Shown here piece after piece: positions 9,455 to 18,294 of a stretch of 64,000 nucleotides of DNA. Under the pieces are notes generated by a model, which was given only the letters and a program-made list of their open reading frames with translations, was not told the origin of the DNA and did no database searches. A program made the position numbers and the translations under genes. Every line of letters starts with the position of its first letter. Positions within the stretch are counted from its first letter, which is position 1. The stretch comes from a virus (lineage: Duplodnaviria > Caudoviricetes), in the IMG/VR virus record IMGVR_UViG_3300037424_000224, positions 10,662 through 74,661 of that record; one strand, written 5' to 3'.

Positions 9455-9537
9455 GGGCAAGTGACGTAATGGTAGACGTGCTACGCTTAGACCGTAGTGA
9501 CCGAAAGGTCGTAGAGGTTCAAGTCCTCTCTAGCCCA
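9455..9537 (+). tRNA. tRNA-Leu(TAG)
   Basis: Anticodon arm CTACG-CTTAGAC-CGTAG, long variable arm GACC-GAAA-GGTC, T arm AGAGG-TTCAAGT-CCTCT. Confidence 0.92.
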
Positions 9538-9541
9538 CTAT

Positions 9542-10003
9542 ATGAAAAAAATAATTTTTATATTTATAGTATTGACGTTTATGTTTCCAACAGTTGTATT
9601 AGCAAAGGAAGCGGATATTGATGTTAAGTTACCTAAGTGGGCGACCCCTGAATGTATACTTACTATTTACAGGATAGTCCAGCATGAAACTGGCAACATG
9701 AAATCTGATGAGGTATTTAGTTTCATGACAACTCAAATAGTACATGACATACACAGATTGGGCTGTAAAAACTTAACTCAGTGGCGATGGTCTATTGGAT
9801 ATTATCCAGAGTCTAAAGTATCTAATCAAGTTAGACTAGCAGTATTAAAAACAATTTTATATCCGCAAGACTTTCCTATTTGCAACTTTATAGGAAATAT
9901 GCACGACAGAATAGTGTGGAAATCTTATGGTTATGATGTTACTATAGGATATAGTAAAACAATAAATTCATTAACGGTGGTAGGTGTAGGATGCAAACAT
10001 TAA
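9542..10003 (+). CDS. Secreted protein with signal peptide, possibly SleB/cell-wall-hydrolase-like
   Basis: MKKIIFIFIVLTFMFPTVVLA signal peptide; YRIVQHETG loosely resembles the SleB catalytic helix. Confidence 0.45.
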   Translation: MKKIIFIFIVLTFMFPTVVLAKEADIDVKLPKWATPECILTIYRIVQHETGNMKSDEVFSFMTTQIVHDIHRLGCKNLTQWRWSIGYYPESKVSNQVRLAVLKTILYPQDFPICNFIGNMHDRIVWKSYGYDVTIGYSKTINSLTVVGVGCKH

Positions 10004-10149
10004 AACTAAATAAAATAAATAGAGCATTTATTTCCGCTCTATTGGCATTGGTACTTTTATTACCAGTGTTTGCCTCATGTGTCGAAAGCGACCCACAACA
10101 GGGTATGCCTGGTCATATGGTATCTCCAAATATTACTTTAGGCAAGTAA
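9991..10149 (+). CDS. Small predicted lipoprotein, 52 aa (not in ORF track)
   Basis: MQTLKLNKINRAFISALLALVLLLPVFAS-C-VESDPQQG: basic N-terminus, hydrophobic core, lipobox-like FAS|C. Confidence 0.5.
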   Translation: MQTLKLNKINRAFISALLALVLLLPVFASCVESDPQQGMPGHMVSPNITLGK

Positions 10150-10165
10150 TTTGATAATTTAATTT

Positions 10166-10220
10166 AGACTACGCTCAGCAAACATACAAAAATTTTATTG
10201 GAAAATTAAAAACGTAGTCT
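10166..10220 (+). ncRNA. Candidate structured ncRNA, CAGCAA family copy 1
   Basis: AGACTACG CT CAGCAA ACATACAAA AATTT-TATTGGA-AAATT AAAAA CGTAGTCT; same architecture as 3 other copies. Confidence 0.7.
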
Positions 10221-10278
10221 GTATTCGCTCTTATAGTATAGTGATATTATAATTGATTTGTAATCTATAGACGTAGGT

Positions 10279-10899
10279 TTGATTCCTACTGAGAGCTTAG
10301 AGGTAAGTATGGATAAAGAGCTAAGACATAGTAAACATTCTTGGTACGAGTGTCCAGAATGTGCTAGAAAATGGTTACAAAAGTTTCCTCAAGATACATT
10401 ACTTTATATGGAATATCTTGAAGATGAAATAAATACATTAATAGAGACTATATGGAAGTTAAAAACAGATGCCAAAAATAATTCAAGGTAATCAAGTATA
10501 TGAATGTAAATTCTGCTCTAAACGGTTTAAAGACCTATTAGATGCTAGAAATTGTGAAGCAACACATGATATAGTCTATGTCCCATTTGAGAGACAGGAT
10601 TTAAAGCGATTGACTTTATTCATTAACACTGGTGAGGTTGAAGTTTTGACCAATAGTCTGCTTAATACAATTATGAAGTATAATGGCTTAAAGCAAGAAT
10701 GATATGTGCTAACCCTAAATGTCTCAAAGAGATACAGGTAACAGCGAGCTATCGAATACTGGCTTTTGACCGACCATATATTAATTTGTACTTTCATGTA
10801 GATTGTGTAGTAGATGAAGAAGAATCTTTTGAAATAATAAGGAATTTAAGTAAAAATGAAGGTAAAAGTAATAAACGAAACTGGGTACATAGAAAGTGA
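10279..10899 (+). CDS. Three small Zn-finger-type hypothetical ORFs (10279-10491, 10469-10702, 10699-10899)
   Basis: CPEC; YECKFC...CEATH; CANPKC...HVDC; overlapping junctions. Confidence 0.55.
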
Positions 10900-11471
10900 T
10901 TAAAGCATGTGAATTTTGTAATAAAAAATTTAAAACTTTTTCTAGTCAAGTAAAATTACGTGGCGGAAAGTTTTGTAGCCGTAAATGTTACTATGCAAGC
11001 AAAAAATCATATGTTACGTGTATAGTGTGCGGAAAACTATATGGACTAGGTAGAGAACATAGGAATAACGGGGGTAATAAATTTTGTTCGTCTAAATGTC
11101 AACATATTAATCAACAAAAAACTAAAATATTATTAAAATGCTTAGAGTGTAATATATATTTCTATGTTTCTCCATCTAAACTTTCTCAAAAGTTTTGTAG
11201 TAAAAATTGTGCTAACAAATATAAAACATTAGATATAGTTGGAGATTATCCAAAAGAATTTTATAAGATACGTAAAATTATTTTAAAAGAAGCAAATAAT
11301 AAATGTTTAATATGTAATGAATTTGCAAATAATGTTCATCACGTAAATTATAATAAAATGGATAGTTCAGAACTCAACCTAGTTGCTCTATGTAGTAGTT
11401 GTCATGCTAAAACTAATTATAATAGGAATTTTTGGGAAATAAGAATAAATTGGATAATAGGATGCGTATAA
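10896..11471 (+). CDS. HNH endonuclease with N-terminal Cys-rich repeats
   Basis: Repeated CxxC...KFCSxxC units; CLICN...VHHVNYNKMDSSELNLVALCSSCH. Confidence 0.88.
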   Translation: MIKACEFCNKKFKTFSSQVKLRGGKFCSRKCYYASKKSYVTCIVCGKLYGLGREHRNNGGNKFCSSKCQHINQQKTKILLKCLECNIYFYVSPSKLSQKFCSKNCANKYKTLDIVGDYPKEFYKIRKIILKEANNKCLICNEFANNVHHVNYNKMDSSELNLVALCSSCHAKTNYNRNFWEIRINWIIGCV

Positions 11472-12028
11472 AAATATTACAAGAATGTGGGTTTGAATAT
11501 GGTAAGTTAGGAACTTCATTAAGTAGACTACAGGATTTAGAAAATATGGATAGAGTCTGTACTAACCTATCTGATAAAGACGGTGGGCATAATAAGTTTT
11601 TGGAATTTATTTCAGTTTGGATAGATATACAGGCTCCTAGGTATTTTTGGCAACAAATGTCTACATACAGAATTGGTAATTCTTGGTTAAGTGAATCAAC
11701 TATGTACACTATTACTAAGAGTTCACTATCTCAAGATAGTTTTGAGCAACATATTTGTCAAGATACATTAAATTATCTAAATAACTTAATTGAAATTTAT
11801 AATAAATCTAATAATAAAGAGTACAAAATACAAATTTTTGATGGGATTAAAAATAATCTTCCAGAAGGATTTATACAAAGGCGAATAATGGTTTCAAACT
11901 ATAAAGCATTAAGAAATATAGTATTACAAAGACAGCACCATAAATTATTTGAATGGCATTATTTTTGTAATGAAGTTTTATCTCAAATTCAACACCCAAA
12001 TTTTATTATAAAGGACTATCATGTTTGA
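11432..12028 (+). CDS. ThyX-like (FAD-dependent thymidylate synthase fold) protein; likely start MRIK at 11462
   Basis: GGHNKFLEFI, APRYFWQQMSTYR, LPEGFIQRR...NYKALRNIVLQRQHHKLFEW resemble phage ThyX-like proteins; the canonical RHR motif is absent. Confidence 0.55.
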   Translation: MGNKNKLDNRMRIKILQECGFEYGKLGTSLSRLQDLENMDRVCTNLSDKDGGHNKFLEFISVWIDIQAPRYFWQQMSTYRIGNSWLSESTMYTITKSSLSQDSFEQHICQDTLNYLNNLIEIYNKSNNKEYKIQIFDGIKNNLPEGFIQRRIMVSNYKALRNIVLQRQHHKLFEWHYFCNEVLSQIQHPNFIIKDYHV

Positions 12029-12315
12029 AACTTGTAAATGCAGCCATTCATGGTTTAGTCATTCAATAGTTACCGGACACTGTGCTACTGGATGTGGTTG
12101 TTTATCATTTCGGGCAAAGATTAAATCCTTTTGTTTAAGGATATTAAAAGTATAATGGATGGACTATATGCTTTTGGTGGTATGGTATTTTTAATAACGC
12201 GTTAGAAAGGTCTTTATTTACTATGGAAATGTGGAAATATACCAGTTGTTAAAGAAAGAGATAGAAAAGCAATGACTATATTAGTTAAAGAAATCTTAAA
12301 TTACAAAGGTAATAA

Positions 12316-12714
12316 ATGAAAAATAGATTAGTACAACACGATAATTGGGCTACTCCAAAAGAAGTCTATGAGGAATTAGACAATGAGTTTCATTTTGATT
12401 TTGATCCCTGTCCACTTAACTACATAGAGGATGGTACAAAATCAGAGTGGGGAAAGTCAAACTTTATTAATCCCCCATATTCAAGAAAATTAAAAGAAGC
12501 ATTTATATTAAAGGCATTTGAGGAAAGTAAAAAAGGTAAAATCTGTGTGATGCTTCTGCCAGTATCTACGTCAACTAAGATTTTTCATGAAGTTATACTC
12601 CCTAATTCCGAAATTAGATTTAGACGTGGACGAATTAACTTTCTAGCTAACGGACTACCAAATGATCGGTATAAATCTGGTCAAATGGATAGTATGATAG
12701 TAATATTTAAATAG
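12316..12714 (+). CDS. Phage Dam-like N6-adenine DNA methyltransferase
   Basis: DNWATP, FDFDPCP, FINPPYS, MLLPVST. Confidence 0.88.
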   Translation: MKNRLVQHDNWATPKEVYEELDNEFHFDFDPCPLNYIEDGTKSEWGKSNFINPPYSRKLKEAFILKAFEESKKGKICVMLLPVSTSTKIFHEVILPNSEIRFRRGRINFLANGLPNDRYKSGQMDSMIVIFK

Positions 12715-12866
12715 AGGATAGATGAAAATTGACTATAGTGGGCTGTACCGAGCTCAGAACCGCGACAATAAAATTCGTAAGCGTAAGAAACTAGAGATGA
12801 CCAGAGATGGTGATTCAGTTAAACTTCTAGATAAGTTACATAGGGAAAGGATTAAAAAGGCACAGG

Positions 12867-13655
12867 ATGAGTTACAAGATATATAATGCGGACAGTAGAG
12901 ATTGTGCAAAGTATCTAGACCAAGATTTACAAGTAGATTTAGTAGTAACTTCACCGCCTTATAATATTGGTGAAAAGTACGAGGATTACATTAAAGGTGA
13001 CGAAGCTTATTGGAAACTTATTAAAGATGTATTCACATCTATCAATCCGTATATCAAACCATACGGCAAGGTGGCTATTAATTTTAATGATAGATACGCT
13101 AATGCTGGTATTCTTGGGCGTGTTTGTGAGATTCCTTATATTTCTAATTATCAAAATATAATGACCTCTTTAGGATATGATTTGTGGGGGCGTATTATAT
13201 GGGACAAAAAGATTAGAGTTGCGAATAAAGACCGTCATATTACAGCAAAATCACGATTTGAAGGACAGATGAGAATTAGTCCTAATTGGGAATATATCTT
13301 TATATGGAGAAAACATGGCGAAGGTAAACCTGAAATTAAAGACATTCAACTCTCACCACAGGAGTGGTCAGATTTCGTTGATGGTGTATGGGAAATTTCA
13401 CCAGTCAATAAGAAAAAGGACGAAGATGGTGAAGTCGGTCGCTTCCCAATGGAGATTCCTCGCAGGCTTACGAAAATGTACACAGTTAGAGGTGACACAG
13501 TTCTTGACCCATTTATGGGTACCGGAACTACTCTCAAAGCAGCCTGTGAACTTGACCGTATTGGTATCGGAATTGAAAAAATGTCAGAAACGGTACAAAT
13601 CGCCCTTAAAGAATTAAAAGATTATGAAGGACAGGCATGGGAAATAAATGATTGA
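12867..13655 (+). CDS. DNA methyltransferase, N4-C/N6-A beta class
   Basis: VVTSPPYN, FPMEIPRR, VLDPFMGTGTT. Confidence 0.92.
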   Translation: MSYKIYNADSRDCAKYLDQDLQVDLVVTSPPYNIGEKYEDYIKGDEAYWKLIKDVFTSINPYIKPYGKVAINFNDRYANAGILGRVCEIPYISNYQNIMTSLGYDLWGRIIWDKKIRVANKDRHITAKSRFEGQMRISPNWEYIFIWRKHGEGKPEIKDIQLSPQEWSDFVDGVWEISPVNKKKDEDGEVGRFPMEIPRRLTKMYTVRGDTVLDPFMGTGTTLKAACELDRIGIGIEKMSETVQIALKELKDYEGQAWEIND

Positions 13656-14310
13656 AGAAGAAAAACCTAAGAAAATGAATGTTAGTATGAAACAGCTTAT
13701 GGTACTTAAACAATATCAAGGTATGTCCGAGGAAGAAGTCTTTGAAAAGTGGCTGGAAGGTAAGAATAAAGACCACTATCGAATCCAAATCCTAAAGGAC
13801 AAAATGGCTGAGGATTATGACCTTACTGACTTAAATGCTAATGATAAAGCTTCTCTAGACGACCTTTGTACTCTCTATATTCGAGTTGAAGATATGGATA
13901 GAAAGATTGCAGACGAAATGGAGAAAGATGAGCCGGATATGTACAATATCCAAAATATGAGTAAAACTCTTAGTCAGTGGCGAGATTCAATTTCTCGTAT
14001 TCAAGTTGACTTAAATATTACTCGTAAAGCTCGTAAAGGCGACAATGAAACTTCAGTTGTAGCAGAGTTTAATAGTGTCAAAGAACGAGCTTCTAAAATG
14101 TTAGATGAGAGACTCAGTTATATTTACTGTGAGAAGTGTAACATGCTCTTGTCTACTTCTTGGTTTCTATACCCCGATGATAGTAATTCAATTACAGTGA
14201 CTTGTGTTAGAGAAACTAATGGAAAGAAGTGTGGCTATCGAACTACAGTTTCATCTAAGTTCCTAAAAGAACATAGGAATATAAATCTGGACGATAAGTT
14301 ACCGGTCTAA
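13648..14310 (+). CDS. Hypothetical helical protein with C-terminal Zn site; candidate small terminase subunit
   Basis: Helical, acidic; CEKC and C...C; last conserved-looking gene before the GT insert and TerL. Confidence 0.35.
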   Translation: MIEEEKPKKMNVSMKQLMVLKQYQGMSEEEVFEKWLEGKNKDHYRIQILKDKMAEDYDLTDLNANDKASLDDLCTLYIRVEDMDRKIADEMEKDEPDMYNIQNMSKTLSQWRDSISRIQVDLNITRKARKGDNETSVVAEFNSVKERASKMLDERLSYIYCEKCNMLLSTSWFLYPDDSNSITVTCVRETNGKKCGYRTTVSSKFLKEHRNINLDDKLPV

Positions 14311-14320
14311 AGGAAATTTT

Positions 14321-14644
14321 ATGAATATAGTAATACTAGGTACAAACGGAATAGATTTAGAATGGCTTCAATTAATTTCAAATTCTACAGTATGTATTAT
14401 TGAAGAACAACAACCAAATGAGGATTTAGAAAAATTAGAATCTGTTCATAGACTTCTTTATGAATTAGTTAATAATCACAATGTAGATTTAAGGATTATA
14501 GAAAATCACCCATTAGACCCTAAAGTAATTTACACAGTTCAACAAGTATGTAATCCCATTGACAGATTGGAAATTAATACTAATTTCCCAGAAAATCAGC
14601 TAGAAGTTATTCATCAATACTATAGCGAGATATTAAGGAAATAA
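14321..14644 (+). CDS. Hypothetical protein
   Basis: ORF in operon. Confidence 0.55.
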   Translation: MNIVILGTNGIDLEWLQLISNSTVCIIEEQQPNEDLEKLESVHRLLYELVNNHNVDLRIIENHPLDPKVIYTVQQVCNPIDRLEINTNFPENQLEVIHQYYSEILRK

Positions 14645-14645
14645 T

Positions 14646-15371
14646 ATGGCAGATTGTATTTCATGTTTTTATGTTGACCAAAAAGAAGAGATGGAACGGA
14701 TGATGAAAATGTTAGGTTATTTTCATCCAGAAGTTACTATTGAAGCAATGAATTATAAAGACCTACAACGTATAGGAATTACTGACTTAGCATTTTCATA
14801 TTCTAAGATTGGCAGAGCACTCTACAACCAGTATAATACTATTACCCATATTGACGCTGATGTACTTATTGTAGACAAACTAGATGAGTTGTTTGACGAC
14901 TCAACAGATGCCAGAGCAGGTAGATGTAATAGTGATACTAATCTAGCTGGTACAAATATTGGATTTGCGTGGGACGGTATTCCGTGGCAAAAGTATTTAA
15001 ATTCTGGAATTCACTCTATAACTGGACAAGTTTTTTGGGACGCCTGGTATGCTGCTGATGTTGACCACATTACTTCCGCTCCACTAGGAGAAAATGGAAC
15101 CTTTAATCAGATATTTTATAGTGGCAAATTTAGAACCACCTTACTTGACCCAATTGAGCAACCAGTCCACTATGGCACTTCATGCCAGTATGGAACTAAA
15201 ACACATTGGGATAGCTGGAAAGAAATTAAAGTAATCAACGATCATCTTGAGATTAATAATAAACGCATTAAGATGTTACATATTGCTGGTGGTGGAACTC
15301 ACAAACCAGAATTAAATACGTTATTTAATCCAGATGTATTAGATTTTATTAATATTATTATAAAAGGTTAG
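14646..15371 (+). CDS. Glycosyltransferase, GT-A fold (GT8-like)
   Basis: HIDADVLIVDKLDELFD (DxD), LNSG, ENGTFNQIF, LHIAGGG..KP. Confidence 0.75.
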   Translation: MADCISCFYVDQKEEMERMMKMLGYFHPEVTIEAMNYKDLQRIGITDLAFSYSKIGRALYNQYNTITHIDADVLIVDKLDELFDDSTDARAGRCNSDTNLAGTNIGFAWDGIPWQKYLNSGIHSITGQVFWDAWYAADVDHITSAPLGENGTFNQIFYSGKFRTTLLDPIEQPVHYGTSCQYGTKTHWDSWKEIKVINDHLEINNKRIKMLHIAGGGTHKPELNTLFNPDVLDFINIIIKG

Positions 15372-15377
15372 GGATAT

Positions 15378-16229
15378 ATGCGAGTTTTTTACGAGGTGTT
15401 GCCAACTACTTTAGGTAGAGCAATGTATAGAATTAATGCCGGATTAAAAAAGTACGCTCCTGAATGGGTGCATTTTATTAATGACCCAGAAAGTGCAGAC
15501 GTACAAATTCAAGATTGTATAGGAGCAGGAAGTTTACCATTTATTAGGAATAAAAATCATATCCTTTTACAGGAGTGCTTAATGACTGAAATAGCACCAC
15601 CAGACTGGTTACCATACTTTAAGGAAGCCAAGTTAGTCGTGAGTTATTTAAATATTCCTAAGATTATTGGTTCATCAGATTTTAACTTTTTAAGAAATCC
15701 TTGTGGAGTAGACCCAGAAATATGGTTTAAAATTCCAGAGGCCACAAAACATATTACTTTTATGACAACTGGATACGTAGCTGAGACTGAATCCATTAAA
15801 GAAATCTATAGTGCAGTAAATAAGGTCGGTGGAAGAGTCGCCCACGTAGGAAAAGATTTTAAATATGGAATAAATTTTCACCATTCTGAAAATTTATCAG
15901 ATGAGGCCATGAGGTACTTATATAACAGTTCTTATTACATTTCTGGTCTAAGAAGAGCAGAAGGATTTGAACTATCAGTTCTTGAAGGACTTCTTTGCGG
16001 TGCTCGTGGAGTTTCTTTTAACGCAGAACACTATTCTTATTGGTTTGAAGATTTGGTAGAGTATATAGAGGAAAAAGATTCACAATCAGTTACAGAACAA
16101 ATACAAGATTTACTTATAAATAAACTTTATCGTCCAGTATCTGACAGTGAAATATCTTTTGTAAAAAATAAGTTTTCGTGGGAAACAGTGTCCAGGAATT
16201 TCTGGTCAGGAGTTAAAAATGCCATATAA
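15378..16229 (+). CDS. Glycosyltransferase, GT-B fold (GT4-like)
   Basis: EGFELSVLEGLLCG (Ex7E), C-terminal KFSWETV. Confidence 0.78.
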   Translation: MRVFYEVLPTTLGRAMYRINAGLKKYAPEWVHFINDPESADVQIQDCIGAGSLPFIRNKNHILLQECLMTEIAPPDWLPYFKEAKLVVSYLNIPKIIGSSDFNFLRNPCGVDPEIWFKIPEATKHITFMTTGYVAETESIKEIYSAVNKVGGRVAHVGKDFKYGINFHHSENLSDEAMRYLYNSSYYISGLRRAEGFELSVLEGLLCGARGVSFNAEHYSYWFEDLVEYIEEKDSQSVTEQIQDLLINKLYRPVSDSEISFVKNKFSWETVSRNFWSGVKNAI

Positions 16230-16743
16230 AGTTGAGTGTGGTTCGGGATACCACCCAGATTTGTCGTTCGACGTACACATCGACCTAAATCCTAACTGTC
16301 CACATTTAGAGTATGTTCACAGTGTAGATAAGTTGGAAATGTTTGAGAATAATTCAGTTGACGAGATAAGAGCTTGTGACGTATTAGAACATTTTTCTTA
16401 TAGAGATACTATTCGAGTATTAAAAGAGTGGCTTAGAGTCTTGGTACCTGGTGGAAAGGTCTATATTCAAACTCCTAATGCCAAATTATTAGCCGAGAGA
16501 TGGCTAAAGAACGATTTACCATTAATGGATGGTATGCCCATAGATTTTTCAGCTTCTTATTGGATTATGGGTGGACAGAATGACCATAATTTTGCTACTG
16601 ATGGTGACGATTGGCGGTTGAATGCACACTATACAATGTTTTCACCAGAATCCGTTGCATTTTATCTAAGATGTGCAGGATTTTCTAGGTGGGATATTCA
16701 ATCAGATGGAGGCTCAAATATGATGATTTGGGCTTATAAATAA
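16219..16743 (+). CDS. Class I SAM-dependent methyltransferase (non-DNA, type 11-like)
   Basis: VECGSG, VDEIRACDVLEHF, EWLRVLVPGG. Confidence 0.85.
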   Translation: MPYKVECGSGYHPDLSFDVHIDLNPNCPHLEYVHSVDKLEMFENNSVDEIRACDVLEHFSYRDTIRVLKEWLRVLVPGGKVYIQTPNAKLLAERWLKNDLPLMDGMPIDFSASYWIMGGQNDHNFATDGDDWRLNAHYTMFSPESVAFYLRCAGFSRWDIQSDGGSNMMIWAYK

Positions 16744-16746
16744 TGT

Positions 16747-18294
16747 ATGATTAAGGAAAAGCTAGATCGTGGAGAACTCGCGTTAGCTGAAATAACAAGA
16801 CATCCAGTTTTTGCAAGTGAATTTATTCGTAACTTAGGTGTCGGGTCTGACGAAGAAGAAAAGATGTGGGAGTACACCCAATACCAGAAGGAAATGCTTT
16901 GTGATTTTAATAGTTATGTTTCTTTGTGTTGTGCTCGTAGCATTGGCAAAAGCGAGGTACTTTTAGGTAAAATTATTTGGCACATGCTAAACCGTTTCTA
17001 TGAGGAGTCTCTAGTATTAACTGGCCCGAATAAAGTCCACTTAGACCCCCTCTTTTTAAAGATTACTCGCTGGCTTAGAAACAACCCCCTATTAAGACAT
17101 TTTGTAGATAGAAATAGTATTAATAACGCAGACTTTACTATTAAAATGAAGAATAACTTCATTTTAGACTGCCGTATTGCGGGTAAGTCTGGCACAGGAG
17201 CTAATGTTATTGGTCTACACGTACCTTTCGTTATGCTGGACGAAGCCGGTTATTTTCCGTGGGGAACTTATATCGAATTACTTCCTATTATTAATTCCTA
17301 TCAAAAAGGATTCCAGTTAATGGTTTCAGGAGTTCCTGATGGTAGACGTGAGAAGTCAGTATTATTTAATGCTGACCAGATGGATAAAAACTTTACTAAA
17401 CATCGAATTCCAGCCTCTCTTAACCCTCGCTATTCACCTGAAGATGAAGAAAGAAACCTAAAACAATTTAGAAGTAAAGAATCAGAAGATTATGTACATA
17501 TGGTACTTGGAGAACATGGAAATCCGGTCTATGCAATGTTTGACCGAGATTTGATGAAGATTCAAGAATATCCCATTTACTACAATAGGTTTAAAGGTAA
17601 AGACTTTGAAGATAATGCCATGTTACCATATGAAATTACTGCCACAATTCCAGTTCTTCCAACCTATTATGAAGAAGTAGTATTTGGAATTGACTTAGGA
17701 TATACTGAACCTACAGTAATTACTATTTTGTACAAACAAAAGGATAGGTGGTATTTTCATGCCAGAATCATGCTGTATCAAGTAGACTACCCAATTCAAG
17801 AAAGATTATTTGATATACTTGATACAAAGTTCCTTCCAAATCTAATCGCAATTGACGAAGGTTCTGCTGGTAAATCCGTTATTCAAAATATGATGTCTAG
17901 TGAGAATTTTCAAGGAAAGGCATACAAGAGTAGAGTCATTGCTATTAATTTTGGTGGAACTACTGTTGTTGGATTTGATGACCAAAATGGGGAAGAGATT
18001 GTACTAAAAACCAAACAGTTTGGTATGCAGAGACTACAGTCCATGGCTAATAACCATGAGATTGTATTTACGTCAGAAGATGATGAAATGATTTCTGAGC
18101 TTGAAAGAACTACTTATAGTAGAACTGAAGCCGGAGAAATCAAGTATTCTGTAGAATCACTTTCAGGTAAGAGTGCAAAAGGTGAAGACCACAATACTGC
18201 GGCATTGGTATGTGCCATTGTTGGTTATTATCTTAAATTTCAATCTCCGATGAATAATATGACAAAACTATACCATAGGATTTCGTGGCTATGA
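16747..18294 (+). CDS. terL: Terminase large subunit
   Basis: ARSIGKS Walker A, MLDEAG Walker B, GIDLG nuclease motif; followed by portal. Confidence 0.9.
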   Translation: MIKEKLDRGELALAEITRHPVFASEFIRNLGVGSDEEEKMWEYTQYQKEMLCDFNSYVSLCCARSIGKSEVLLGKIIWHMLNRFYEESLVLTGPNKVHLDPLFLKITRWLRNNPLLRHFVDRNSINNADFTIKMKNNFILDCRIAGKSGTGANVIGLHVPFVMLDEAGYFPWGTYIELLPIINSYQKGFQLMVSGVPDGRREKSVLFNADQMDKNFTKHRIPASLNPRYSPEDEERNLKQFRSKESEDYVHMVLGEHGNPVYAMFDRDLMKIQEYPIYYNRFKGKDFEDNAMLPYEITATIPVLPTYYEEVVFGIDLGYTEPTVITILYKQKDRWYFHARIMLYQVDYPIQERLFDILDTKFLPNLIAIDEGSAGKSVIQNMMSSENFQGKAYKSRVIAINFGGTTVVGFDDQNGEEIVLKTKQFGMQRLQSMANNHEIVFTSEDDEMISELERTTYSRTEAGEIKYSVESLSGKSAKGEDHNTAALVCAIVGYYLKFQSPMNNMTKLYHRISWL

